Origin: Phoronis australis
Taxonomy: Eukaryota; Animalia; Phoronida
Direction: 5' to 3'
Length of the DNA stretch: 64,000 bases
Assembly (NCBI GenBank): GCA_002633005.1
Contig: NMRA01000047.1
Span: 1,107,104-1,171,103, forward strand
Numbering within the stretch: position 1 is the stretch's first letter; each line of letters begins with the position of its first letter. Both the position numbers and the translations under genes were made by a program. Below the pieces are notes generated by a model. It was not told the origin of the DNA, did no database searches, and saw only the letters and a program-made list of their open reading frames with translations. This document shows, one piece after another, positions 51,462 to 63,068 of the stretch.

Positions 51462-51885
51462 CGTTTTCATTTCCAAGAAACTGCTTCCACTTTTCTTCGT
51501 TGTCAGCCGTCGAAACATCGATCTCTCCACCACTCTTACTGTTGCTAGAAACAATCTGTTTTCCTTTCGACTGCTCACAATGTCCATTCTTGGCAATGCT
51601 TATACCGAGTTTTTCACCATTAGAAGATTTCTCGTTTTTAACACAAGATTCCTTGGAATGTTCTGACGATACCGAAACACTGTCATCGTCACTGTCAGTG
51701 AATGTCTCGACTTCATCACCGTCCACGTCATTATTATCGTCATCCCCGCACACATCATCATCATCATCAGAATCACTGACAGTTATAAGAGTTTTCTTTG
51801 ATGATGGAGGATTCTTCACGTCTTCAAGAGAAGCCCTAATGGCTGCCTGTATTTGTTGATCCTCAGTGGCATCTACAATACTGTC
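51462..51885 (-). CDS. UBXN7: UBXN7 UIM plus acidic linker exon (DSIVDATEDQQIQAAIRASLE...WKQFLGNEN)
   Basis: UIM motif EDxQxxAAIRASL, GT-AG boundaries, phase 0 to 1. Confidence 0.93.
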
Positions 51886-52938
51886 CTGCAAATGAAGACA
51901 ACTGAGCTTATTAAGAAGTAATTTAAGACCTTGGTCTGTCATGAGGCATTTGATTGGGTTAGATTTGAAAAAATCAAACACATTAGGAGTCAAACGAGCT
52001 GTTTGTTGTTTGGAATTACAATTGTGTACTTTTAGCATCAAAAGGTTACTGAACAAGCAAGTCAGTAAAGTGATTATATCCCTCGAATGAAGTTTCAACA
52101 AAAAACCTTGAGAGAACCACAAAGTTGTCAGGTGATCCTGGCTCGCTGTTCATGAGATGTTGCGATGAACATGTGACATAAGTATGAAGTCGTATCATTT
52201 GAGTGGCTTTGAATCACAAACGTTAGAACTCACACTTTTAAACAAAGACTCTATACAGAAATTCTTGTAAATTTTCTACCAAAAAGAAGAGCTAAGGTTT
52301 GAAAGCATCGGCCTGAGGTTTTCCGAGATTTATTGTCATATAAGTTCATACAAGTTGTAATGGGATCAAAAGCAATGTTCTTGCCTGTTTATGATGTCAG
52401 CTGACACAAATCTATAGGTTGTCTATTTATTGAATGCATTGCTGGTGAGTTGCCATGTTGATCTGAGGTTTACCTATCATGTATGTGACTTCTGAAGTCT
52501 TGATTTGAGGATTTTTAACTTCGAGCTTATCATTTTAAAAGATTACTATGCTCACAGCCAATTTTTGATCTGAATTCAGAAGGTTGCTTTCATTATGACC
52601 TATCTGAGTGTCTAAACAAACACCACACACACGAAACAAAATGGGGGATATTCCTGTAGTTTTGCTATATGCCAACAGGTGATGCACTGTAGTTATTCTC
52701 CAATTTAGGATACAATGTGAGAGACAAAGAATAACTTATAAGAAAATTTTATGATAAAAACTCACCAAATTTCATGACAAAAATAATTGCCAAAATTAAT
52801 GTCTATATTTTTTCAAGTGCTTCTAGCATTGTTGTTACAATCGTTAACAAAAATGTAAGAACAAGAAAAAGCCCGAGTAAAAAAGAGCAAAAACTATCAA
52901 CAAATTGTTACTGGAACATGTGAAACTTTATGACCTAC

Positions 52939-53015
52939 ATTACGCCGGAGCTTCTTGGCAGGAGGTGAAGTGGCAGCTGGGTCAGGAGCAGAGTGTACAG
53001 ACAGGAACTGATTGG
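52939..53015 (-). CDS. UBXN7: UBXN7 exon (ANQFLSVHSAPDPAATSPPAKKLRRN)
   Basis: Acceptor tctcttgcag, donor gtaggt. Phase 1 to 0 bridges the flanking exons. SPPxKK motif. Confidence 0.85.
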
Positions 53016-53255
53016 CTGCAAGAGAAAGCGCATTACTTATCACTACAGCGAACAAGAGAGGTCTCTGGCAACGGGTTATCACAGTGGCAGCCAATCCTGA
53101 AAGCTGGACAGCAGAGCAACTGATGCCTTACTTGCATTTCTGATAAAGTTAGCACTTACTTGATATTTAATCCTCTTCTGGTGCAGTGGAGCCCACTTAA
53201 TTTCATACCCCCTGTTTCATCGTCAATTATGATAATAAACGGAATATTCCTTTAA

Positions 53256-54579
53256 AGGCGAAGGCAACCTTTTTCCATGTCATTTTGAGCTAAAATAAGT
53301 TTGGTTGGTTATCCTAGACATATTTTCCACTTAATTACAGCTTTTCGTAATTTTATTAATTACTCGTCCGCTACTCCGGAAGTGACGTTTTAGGAGGCAA
53401 GCATTTCGCGCCAATTTCTTTTCATATAGTCTGACTGTGAGAGTCCGTCATTGTTCTACCTCGGTTGTGTTAAGTTCCGTCGTCGTTTGCTTTCATTTAC
53501 TAGTCAGTCAACATGCCACACTGTTGCTGCGTACCAGGATGTACTAATTATCGGCTCACGCGNNNNNNNNNNNNNNNNNNNNNNNNNNNNNNNNNNNNNN
53601 NNNNNNNNNNNNNNNNNNNNNNNNNNNNNNNNNNNNNNNNNNNNNNNNNNNNNNNNNNNNNNNNNNNNNNNNNNNNNNNNNNNNNNNNNNNNNNNNNNNN
53701 NNNNNNNNNNNNNNNNNNNNNNNNNNNNNNNNNNNNNNNNNNNNNNNNNNNNNNNNNNNNNNNNNNNNNNNNNNNNNNNNNNNNNNNNNNNNNNNNNNNN
53801 NNNNNNNNNNNNNNNNNNNNNNNNNNNNNNNNNNNNNNNNNNNNNNNNNNNNNNNNNNNNNNNNNNNNNNNNNNNNNNNNNNNNNNNNNNNNNNNNNNNN
53901 NNNNNNNNNNNNNNNNNNNNNNNNNNNNNNNNNNNNNNNNNNNNNNNNNNNNNNNNNNNNNNNNNNNNNNNNNNNNNNNNNNNNNNNNNNNNNNNNNNNN
54001 NNNNNNNNNNNNNNNNNNNNNNNNNNNNNNNNNNNNNNNNNNNNNNNNNNNNNNNNNNNNNNNNNNNNNNNNNNNNNNNNNNNNNNNNNNNNNNNNNNNN
54101 NNNNNNNNNNNNNNNNNNNNNNNNNNNNNNNNNNNNNNNNNNNNNNNNNNNNNNNNNNNNNNNNNNNNNNNNNNNNNNNNNTGTGAACAAGGTCTCCGTC
54201 ACTCACACTACTGTCACTGTGATACGGGTCACCGACTCCAGCCATTTTCAGCTTACAACACACTAAACAATCCCTAAATCCAACGTAGTTGAGTTCTCTA
54301 CTAACCTATCTTGCCGCAGAATACTCGCCGATGGAAAGTGGTGGCGACAATTGTTGAAAAACAGCACAAAACAAAAGTAGAATAGAACAGATTCGCACGG
54401 TAAAGTCAACGCAAAACCAAGTGGCGGGAAACGCTTGCCTCCTAAAACGTCACTTCCGGAGTAGCGGACGAGTAATTTATAAAATTACGAAAAGCTGTAA
54501 TTAAGTGGAAAATATGTCTAGGATAACCAACCAACCTTATTTTAGCTCAAAATGACATGGAAAAAGGTTGCCTTCGCCT
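53256..54579. mobile_element. Kolobok-like DNA transposon (interior mostly an N gap)
   Basis: Near-identical TIRs of about 147 bp starting AGGCGAAGGCAACC and a TTAA target duplication. An ORF starting MPHCCCVPGCTN (THAP zinc-finger start) begins at 53513. Confidence 0.85.
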
Positions 54580-55164
54580 TTAAGCAGGTTCCCAATTGCT
54601 GGTGGTTGTGACCTCTCACATAAGCTGATCATGCTAAGGATATAGCTTGAGAGTAAGACGGCTCAACAGGAAACAACAGATTTTTACTTCCAGCACCAAA
54701 TTCAAATAAGAATTGAAGATGAACTAGGTTGGTTTTTAGACAAATAGTAATAATAAGCGGGTGAGAATCATTTTTGATTTTTAAAGACACTATCCGGGAA
54801 TGTGACAATAAATCATGACATCATGCAGGATATATTGCATGGGTTCACGGGGAATGATTCGTTTTTTGACATTTTATGACAATAACCAAGATATTCTATT
54901 ATCCGCTATAACATTAAATGGGCTCCACTGTACCAAGATGGCTCACAAGGTCACCAACATCTTAAAAGAAAAATGCATTATTTCACACCACATGATAACT
55001 TCCATAAATATCAAACACTTGAGCTTATCCAAATTTTTGTGCCAAAATGTTACCCCTATATGCATTGCTCCAATCATTACTGGCAACAACTGGTCATGCT
55101 GTACCGAAGTTAGAAAAGTGAACTTAGAGCAATAAGGAGAAATGACAAAAGACAACTGTCTCAC

Positions 55165-55309
55165 CAAGGTCACAGAAAGTCATGGCATCAAGTTTGGACC
55201 AGTCAACCATTTTCTCACCAGTCCTGGGGTCAATGACGGCCACGCAGGGCCAGTGTTGAACGTTGTAGAACTGAGCGTACCTCTGACCCTCCTCGCTATC
55301 ATGGTACAC
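55165..55309 (-). CDS. UBXN7: UBXN7 UAS-domain exon (VYHDSEEGQRYAQFY...IDPRTGEK)
   Basis: VYHDSEEGQRY and DPRTG motifs, GT-AG boundaries, phase 0 to 1. Confidence 0.96.
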
Positions 55310-56517
55310 CTGTAGAGGTAAACACAAGCTGCAGGCTGCAAGTAATCGGACAAAGCACTGTTCCCCCAAAGGATGGCTAATTTTGTTCATAGCAAATACT
55401 TACAGGTAATGTGGCAGCAAAATTCTAATTACAGAATGGTTTAGGTAGCTCGTTAATATTGCTGTTAATTGCAAGTCATTCTTGGTTATAACGGAAGGCA
55501 TCTCTAGCAAAGAATTCGACTTTAGCTCAGACGTCACGACCGGAAATGCTGGGCCAATTTGTTTGAATACCTTTAACATGTACTGAATGATGTACAAGTA
55601 ACAAGAGGGTCTCATCATGGTTATGGTCTATCACACACCATTGGTTCTTTACAACATATACGTTCAGGTCAGCATTTTGTAGTTTATCGCTATGTGGGAC
55701 CTTGTCTGTGCACTGAGCCAAATATCTACACAACTATAGATGTTAACTCACTAAAAGTATATATTTTCTGAAAATGGAAAAACCGCAGACTTTGATTTTT
55801 TGACTTTATACCAATCTGTCATTTATTGGGTCACCTGACAATGTCTTCTAAGTTAAAATTACCAAAAAACCAAGGAACATTCATAGCAAAACAATCGTGC
55901 CAATACCATGACCAAATTTTATTTGATATCAATATTCAAGAGCAAATATCAAAAATGATGTAACAATTTTCTAAAATCCATTTCGTTTAGGTTTTATGTA
56001 ACTATTGATTTTTTCATAAAAATCGCAAAAGCTCTATTGTTTGATAGCCCTCATGAAAAGTGGAATTTAAATCTCACCATCTAAAATACGTATTATAAAT
56101 CAGGTTACACGTCTTCACGTTACCTAGGATGTCACTGGATGCTTCTGCACAGACAACCGTACAAAAGGAATTTGAAAAATGTCAGCAGCACTGTAGATGA
56201 AATCCCTCGAATCATGACTTCTACGACACAATGGGAGGTTTTCAAGTAGTAGTGTGGCAACAGGTCACGTGCGACTGGATACTAGTGACCTCTAGAGGAT
56301 GAGGAGGCAATTTAACTTTTGCTTAAAAAGCATCACGTCTAGTCACATACACTGTAAAAGGATCCTTTTACCTCGTCAAAATGTTCCCCTATGTCACCCG
56401 CTGCGAAGCAGAAGTGCCTCCATAGTCACCTGTCCCACGTGCCCCCATTGCTTTCTAAAAGTATCCCGTTAAACCTTTGATTTTCACCAAAACCATAACC
56501 TTATTGTGAACAATTAC

Positions 56518-56664
56518 CTGCCAGAAGATAAAATGCTCCATGACAAGATGCTTGACTGCTGTACTACTCCAGACGTCCCTGTTTAGAGCCTGACACGCAA
56601 ACTCCTGAACATTCTGTATGTTTACCATAAGCCATTTGTTGGCTAAAATCCCTGCCTCCTTAGC
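56518..56664 (-). CDS. UBXN7: UBXN7 UAS-domain exon (AKEAG...KWLMVNIQNVQEFACQALNRDVWS...HFIFWQ)
   Basis: Highly conserved UAS domain segment, GT-AG boundaries, phase 0 to 0. Confidence 0.96.
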
Positions 56665-57935
56665 CTGAAACAATACCATAAATTGATTAGCTCTACAATT
56701 CTGACAACAGGCAAACACATGACGAGTGTGCTAAATGTTGATATCCGGCAACAGGCCATTGATTTGCACAGTTATAGTTATCAAAAAAGTAGACAAATTT
56801 GGTCACGACGCGTCTAGCATCAAAAATTGCGAAGAAAATCATAAGACGATAAGCTGGAAATCGTTCAAGCCAAAACTAAATCGTTATTGAATAACGCACG
56901 GAATAAACAGTCTCCCTATGGACCTTCCTCACCAGACTGTATTGAACGTTTCGCAAATAAGTAAGGGACAATTTTATGCTCCCCTAAAGTCTTCTTTCAA
57001 ATAAAATTACCGAACCTGATAACCACACTGTAACACAGACGATTCATGTCCCCTTTAGTGTTGCCATCAGTCACATAGTACAGCACATTAGGATTGAGCG
57101 TGCCAACACTTGCCCCTCGCGTGTTGCTGGCAAGGCAATGTGTATTGTACGTGGTGCGTCCACTATCTGCTTTTGTTGTGATAGCTTGATAGTTTGTTAA
57201 GATTGCATCTTTTAACAATACTCGTAATACGTTTAAAATTTTTTTAAGTCTAACCCAGTCAAATTTCATGTGACAGACCACGTGCATTCCAAATAGACTA
57301 TTCAAGTCAACAGACTGAGTATCAAAAGCCAAGAAATAGGACGAGCTTTTGCAACAACACAGTAAACTTATGCAACAATGGGACAGTATAGTGAATTGTG
57401 CAACAATAAACTATCATGAACTAAAGATAGTTTCCTGGTATATTCATGGAGAAACAGTGTCAAAACAAACAAACAAACAAACAAATAACAAATTGGTATT
57501 TTTCACTAGGGACTTCATGACCCAATTAACCACATCATGGCAGATAACTGGCCAAAGGCACGTGTCATTAACTATGAGAATGTCAGTTAGGTGTTTACAC
57601 CTCGTGAGGTTAGTTGAAACTTGACAAACCTGTGTCAGGGATAATGACCAGCTTTGGAAAGAATAGCCAGGAAGAAAATGAAAATCTGTTGAGAATTAGC
57701 AGAAAATCAGAAGACAATTATCCAATAAACAGAGAGGAAGCAGTTTTTGCTCCAATATTTTGCCCACTTTCGACGAGATTTCAACTTTTTTAAAGCTACA
57801 GTACGTCATTTTGGTATTTTGACACTCTTAGCATTATTCTTCTAACAACATACTGAACAAGTACTCAATGTCTCCGAAATGTTAGTTTTAGATCCATCAA
57901 GATCAGATGTCATTTTACATAACACCTTCTTTAAA

Positions 57936-58163
57936 AAAGTCTTACCGAGTTGAATGTGCCCTCGTGAATGAGATCTATGGGCGGCCTGAACAAGTCTTAC
58001 TGAGTTGAATGTGCCCTTGTGAATGAGATCTATGGGCGGTCTGAACAAGTCTTACTGAGTTGAATGTGCCCAAGTGAATGAGATCTATGGGCGGTCTGAA
58101 CAAGTCTTACTGAGTTGAATGTGCCCTTGTGAATGAGATCTATGGGCGGTCTGAACAAGTCTT
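57936..58163. repeat. 4 x 55-bp tandem duplication of a UBXN7 exon end plus splice donor
   Basis: Units start at 57936, 57991, 58046 and 58101 (CAAGTCTTACTGAGTTGAATGTGCCC...GGCGGTCTGAA). Confidence 0.97.
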
Positions 58164-58232
58164 CCAGAGTCTTGCGTTTCTTGTTCACAACAGATGAGCC
58201 ACTTCCATTTTCTACCATCAGCTCTTGTTGCC
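58111..58232 (-). CDS. UBXN7: UBXN7 exon (QQELMVENG...KTLEDLFRPPIDLIHKGTFNS)
   Basis: TL-DLFRPPIDL-HKG-F motif. The first donor TCA|gtaaga gives phase 0, matching the next exon. Confidence 0.93.
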
Positions 58233-59623
58233 CTAAAGTTGAAAACAAGCATACAGAAATACTACAAATCTCATGATTATCAGACCAAACAGTTTAATTG
58301 ATTTCAGTCTGTTCTGTGAAACAAATACATCGCTGTTTAAAAAGTGCCTGGTAAAGTTTGTTTTTTCAAAAGCTACACAATCATACATCACATATTTTTT
58401 AACGAAGTGACTTGACAATCTAATGGCAATACCATCTTTCAAGACCTCAGTTCATTAACAATAGGCTCCCAAAGGTAAGTGGTGTGGTTTTGAGTTGAGG
58501 ACAAACATGACTACATCACTTCCTGAACTGCCTCATTTTATATTTTGAAGATATTCTCTTCTCCCTCCAGTACTCGCATTCTTTGTAGAAGTATCACAAA
58601 TGATATCTGAATTTAGGGATTTTATTCCACAGACGAAATTACAAGCATTCCAGTTTATGTGTTAGGTAATGCAATGGCCGCCATGGCAAATGGAAAAAAA
58701 TGAGAGTTCATCTGCTGTTAGTTCATTGTGCTCCAGCTGACAGAACAAATTCTTATTACACAACACAAGTGACATCTATGGGAAGCAACAATGACAAAAA
58801 CTTGGGGAAACTGACTAGAAGACTGTGGGTTTGAATTCTAGCAGTTTTGTTTTTTTCATTGTTATGTTGGCAGGTATTCTGAATTCAGGATCATGCAAAA
58901 ATTACTTATGTAATCAACTCCATAGAATTAGACAGACACTGATTAGACTAGTTCAAAAGTTTTCAGTTTCAAATTCCTATGCAAATTTAAAGGTATTGAG
59001 TATCTGCCTTTTTAAAACATACTGTCTTCCGATTCAATCCACTTCCCATTATAAATTTGAACTACAATTATTCCCTTCACAGATAAGGAGTCATGTCAGG
59101 GCTACAGAAAAACTGGCAACTTGTTGTTGAGACAACAAGTTTTAATAACTGACCAAGGTCTCAAACAACAATCATTTACCAAGTCCAGAAACCATGCATC
59201 TTAGTAAGATGCACGTTTAGAACACCCAAAAATGGTAAGCGGTTTAAATCACAAAAATCAACTTTTGATTCAGCGTAGACCATGATGAGAATCAGCAGTC
59301 CCAAACTGTTCTGGAGTCAAATTTGAGATGAATGTCATAGCTTCGGAAGAACGGCCAGTTTATTATTGCTAGAGACCACGTTCTACAAGTTGGCTTGTCA
59401 CTGTGTGTCATTTTACGCACTGAGCATGATCTCAGCGGATAACAAACTATCAGTTCCTTGCAAACCCAGAAACCATTTCTCATCCGAGTCAGGAACAAGC
59501 TGAGACCAGTTTATAGGTAAGTGGTCTAAATCAAAAGTTAGCTTCTTGAACAGAACATGGATTTATAACCAGCTTAAAGTGGTGATATGTTGAAATTAAA
59601 TAAGACACAGGTTGCAGACTTAC

Positions 59624-59692
59624 TAGCCTCGGCTCTAAAATCCCTCAAACCATCAAAGACAGATCGAGTTGGCCGCCTCCTACCACGAAAAC
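59624..59692 (-). CDS. UBXN7: UBXN7 exon (GFRGRRRPTRSVFDGLRDFRAEA)
   Basis: RRRP-RS-FDG-RDF motif, GT-AG boundaries, phase 1 to 1. Confidence 0.93.
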
Positions 59693-60258
59693 CTGCAAAA
59701 CAATACACCATCTGGGATTATTTTAGAAAAATGTGGCTGTGCGTCAGTTCACCCACATGGCCTAAAATCCATGGGCCAAATTGGAGGTATTTTCTATCCT
59801 TTTTTGATTCGATTTTTGAGAGGGCAGCATTTTAACAAGTGTGATTTTGTCTGCTACAACAGTGTGCTACGCAACAATAAGTGATTGGTCAATTGGGCTA
59901 ACTGCATTTCAGTTCATTAATCCAGTTAGGATCTGTACGTTCAGTACATGCTAGACTCCAAGTCACTAACAATATTGTTGGTTGGCTGCTCTGCATTGTC
60001 ATTGTTTTTCAGAAAATCTGAATAAAATACATATTATTTAGGACAAAATGTGGTGTTCTTTATGAAAACAAAGAATAAAAACATTAAAAAACTTTAGGAT
60101 AAAAATGCATTTTCAATGAAGATGGAATGAACTATTTTGTCATTTCAAAGTTCAGAAATGGTACAAGTAGCAATCTTAACCTTTGCTTCCTTTACAATTC
60201 TTTGAAAACTAGTTGCAATTGTAAAAGGGAGCAAGCAATATGGTGCATGACAGCTTAC

Positions 60259-60329
60259 CAAATGAGTATCCATATTCTTCTTCCACTAGGACTTCTTGCT
60301 TTTGAGGGATAGGTGCCCTTACTCCATCG
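60259..60329 (-). CDS. UBXN7: UBXN7 exon (DGVRAPIPQKQEVLVEEEYGYSF)
   Basis: VRAPIPQKQE motif, GT-AG boundaries, phase 2 to 1. Confidence 0.93.
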
Positions 60330-60344
60330 CTGACAAAGAAATAT

Positions 60345-60730
60345 AACAAGCATTTACCACAAAGTGACTTAATTGTCCCCTACTGCCTCTGCATGTAAAA
60401 AATTTCAAGTCAAATTAGATTTTTTCGCTTTGACCTTGAAAATGATCTCAAGGTCACCAAATGCAACACACGCCACCTATATCTTGGTGCAAAATTTGAA
60501 CAAAACCTGAAGCATCTTTCTTGAGATATTGTAACAACAACATTTCTAAGTCAAAACTTGTTTTTTCTCTATGACCTTGAAAATGATGTCAAGGTTCCAA
60601 AGTCAATTGATGCCTTCAGATGCCCTGGCTACATCTCAATACCAATTAAGAACAAAATCTAAAACTTCCTTCTAAAGATATAAGGCCAACAAAATTTTCA
60701 AAATCAAAACAAGAATTCCCGCTGTGACCA
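60345..60730 (-). mobile_element. Truncated copy of the TGACCTTG-unit family
   Basis: Two to three units similar to 7535-7780, with an AACAAG...TTGTCCCC end about 15 bp from a UBXN7 acceptor. Confidence 0.6.
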
Positions 60731-61077
60731 ACAACATTGTGTAATGCGCTTTCAAGGAAAACACAACATACCAAGAGAAAAACCCTAAAGAATATTTTGT
60801 TGGCTAAAGAGTGTTAGCAGACAAGATGATTTTTTTCAGATTTTTGACAAGCACAATTCATGTGGTATTTAATTACTTCTAAAAGTATATCAACAACACA
60901 AGTAGTGATGCCTCATGAATGAAATATTTTTCATGAAAACTGTTTTACTGTACAGCCGTGTCAACAAGTCTTGGTTTTAAAATGTTGAGAAGAGCGTTTA
61001 GTAATCGACACATTTTTGCACTGCCTTCCAGCGAAACTGTCCCGTGTGCTATGAAGAACATGAAACTGGACAGCAAC

Positions 61078-61287
61078 ATTCAAGATGCAATAAGCCACGC
61101 CCCCTGTCAACAAGATGCAGTAACCCATGCCCCCTGTCAACAAGATGCAGTAACCCATGCTCCCTGCCAACAAGATGCAGTAACCCACGTCCCCTGCCAA
61201 CAAGATGCAGTAGCCCACGCTCCTGTCAACAAGATGCAGTAACCCACACCCCCAGTCAACAAGATGCAGTAACCTACACCCCCCCTC
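61078..61287. repeat. 30-bp minisatellite, about 7 copies
   Basis: Unit CAAGATGCAGTAACCCAYGCCCCCTGYCAA. Confidence 0.95.
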
Positions 61288-61613
61288 AAAAACAATGTTT
61301 GATTTAAAACCACTGACATGTATAAACTAGTTTCACTTCAATTAGAAATTGTTTTCAGGCTTGAGAAGAACTCACCATACTTTGTTGTTTCAGACCAGTC
61401 ATCTCATGGTTGAAGTCTATGTGTTTTATTTGTAACCAATTACAATTCAAACAAAGGATAAGAGCGAGATGATGTTTTTTTCTTTTAAGAGCAAATACTT
61501 CTGAGAAGAAAGTTGTTTTTGACCCAACAGCATGGCTTATAACAGTTTTAATTACAATTTAATCACTGATAAAAACTGACAATCCAGTCAGTGTTTGTCA
61601 AGCATTAACTTAC

Positions 61614-61764
61614 CTGTCATTTCCACAGGCACCCCCAGAACTGCTACTGGCCCCTATATCAGTAGGGTCACCTGACCCACCTGTGTCCAGGTGCATACCA
61701 ATGGCCATCTCAAGGTCATTGTTGCATACTTCCAGAAGGCGACGGCCAGTCTCTAAGGTGGCAC
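61614..61764 (-). CDS. UBXN7: UBX domain protein 7, UBA-like exon (GATLETGRRLLEVCNNDLEMAIGMHLD)
   Basis: Matches the UBXN7 UBA-like LE-CNN-LEMA motif. Acceptor tttcag, donor gtaagt, phase 1 to 2. The start exon lies beyond 64000. Confidence 0.92.
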
Positions 61765-63068
61765 CTGAAATATTTTTAAAGCATAAAAATAACAGGTACT
61801 AGTAGTGAGTGACAAAGCCAAAAGCTACAATGTAAACTGCCTTGGTTGTGTGGAGTTGTAAATTAGAACAATACATCACTTCTTCCAGTAAATTCCAGTG
61901 TTGAATCAAAATTAAAATCCCTTCGAAGATAGTTCATAAGAAGCATTAAAAGAAACAAATCAACAAACTCTTGTGGTGGTTCAGACAAGAGAGAGTGACA
62001 TCAAATCCAGATCAACACAATATTTTGAGATGGCAAAATACATATGCTGAGTCACTTTTCTATGTATACAGGAAAGCCCCGTGGCCCCCAGGAAGCACCT
62101 TTTCTGGTTCACCCAACACTTTACAGACATGGTAACACAGAGCTCCTCAAGTGAAGCCAATAATACCTTGCCATTATCTTGACATACAAAACTGGTTGCA
62201 CTTTGAAATGGAACCGACACAAAATACAGTCATGGATGCAAAAAACAAAAAGCGACGTTGACTTCCGCAGTAAGTTAAGAACCCAAACTGTAGCTGTGTT
62301 GATGATGACTTTAATTCTGTATGGTCCTCTTCAGACATGGACAGGCCTCCAGTGCCTGGGCTGATCGGTCAAAGAGGAATTGCTGCTACTGAGTAATTGT
62401 AACAGCCATTCAAGGCACCACACTGTGCAGCTCGAGTCAAAGGTACTTTTTAGAACATGACATGCTCATAAGGCTTAACTGGAGATTGCTAGATATCAGA
62501 AGATTGGATATGAAACTTGTACTTTTTATAAAATTATTCATGACCCAGTCAGGGCTATATATCTTGCAAGGTAGCCAGCCAGCTAGCTGTGTGTGACTGA
62601 ACACCAAAATACAGCTAGGAATCGATGTGTGTAAAAAGCTGCCAGTTTAAAAACGGATCATTTTTTCAGTCCCCTGAGACTCAACTTGCAGTCCTATGGC
62701 AAAGAAACTTATACAAAATACATCAAGCAAAAGCGTATGTAATCTATTACCTCTGACATTCAAGTGATAACTGATTATGAGAAACAGATGAAAATTATTT
62801 AATTACACCCTCAAAACAGTATGCTAGAGACATGCACATATGTCATTTGCTTGATTTTTTGGTTTGATAAAATGACATCTTTTGGGAGATGGTGACGACC
62901 TTGATGATGCAAAATGATCTCAAAATAACAGTAATAAAATGCTCAAAAATACCACTTCTGAGAATTTGTTGTGAACTGTGAGAAAACTTGCAAAAAAGAA
63001 CAGTGACTTAAATAAATGACAAAAACAGAAACTGGCCAATAGGTGACACTCTATTTCATTCCGCTCAA

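Noticed and set aside
51407-51859. Plus-strand Ser-rich 150-aa ORF (also 40949-41338 and 10654-10842)
   Set aside because: These are antisense shadows of real exons.
60958-61319. Repetitive peptides such as HAPCQQDAVT (also GTAQACK at 16453-16659)
   Set aside because: They are translations of intronic minisatellites whose unit length is divisible by three.
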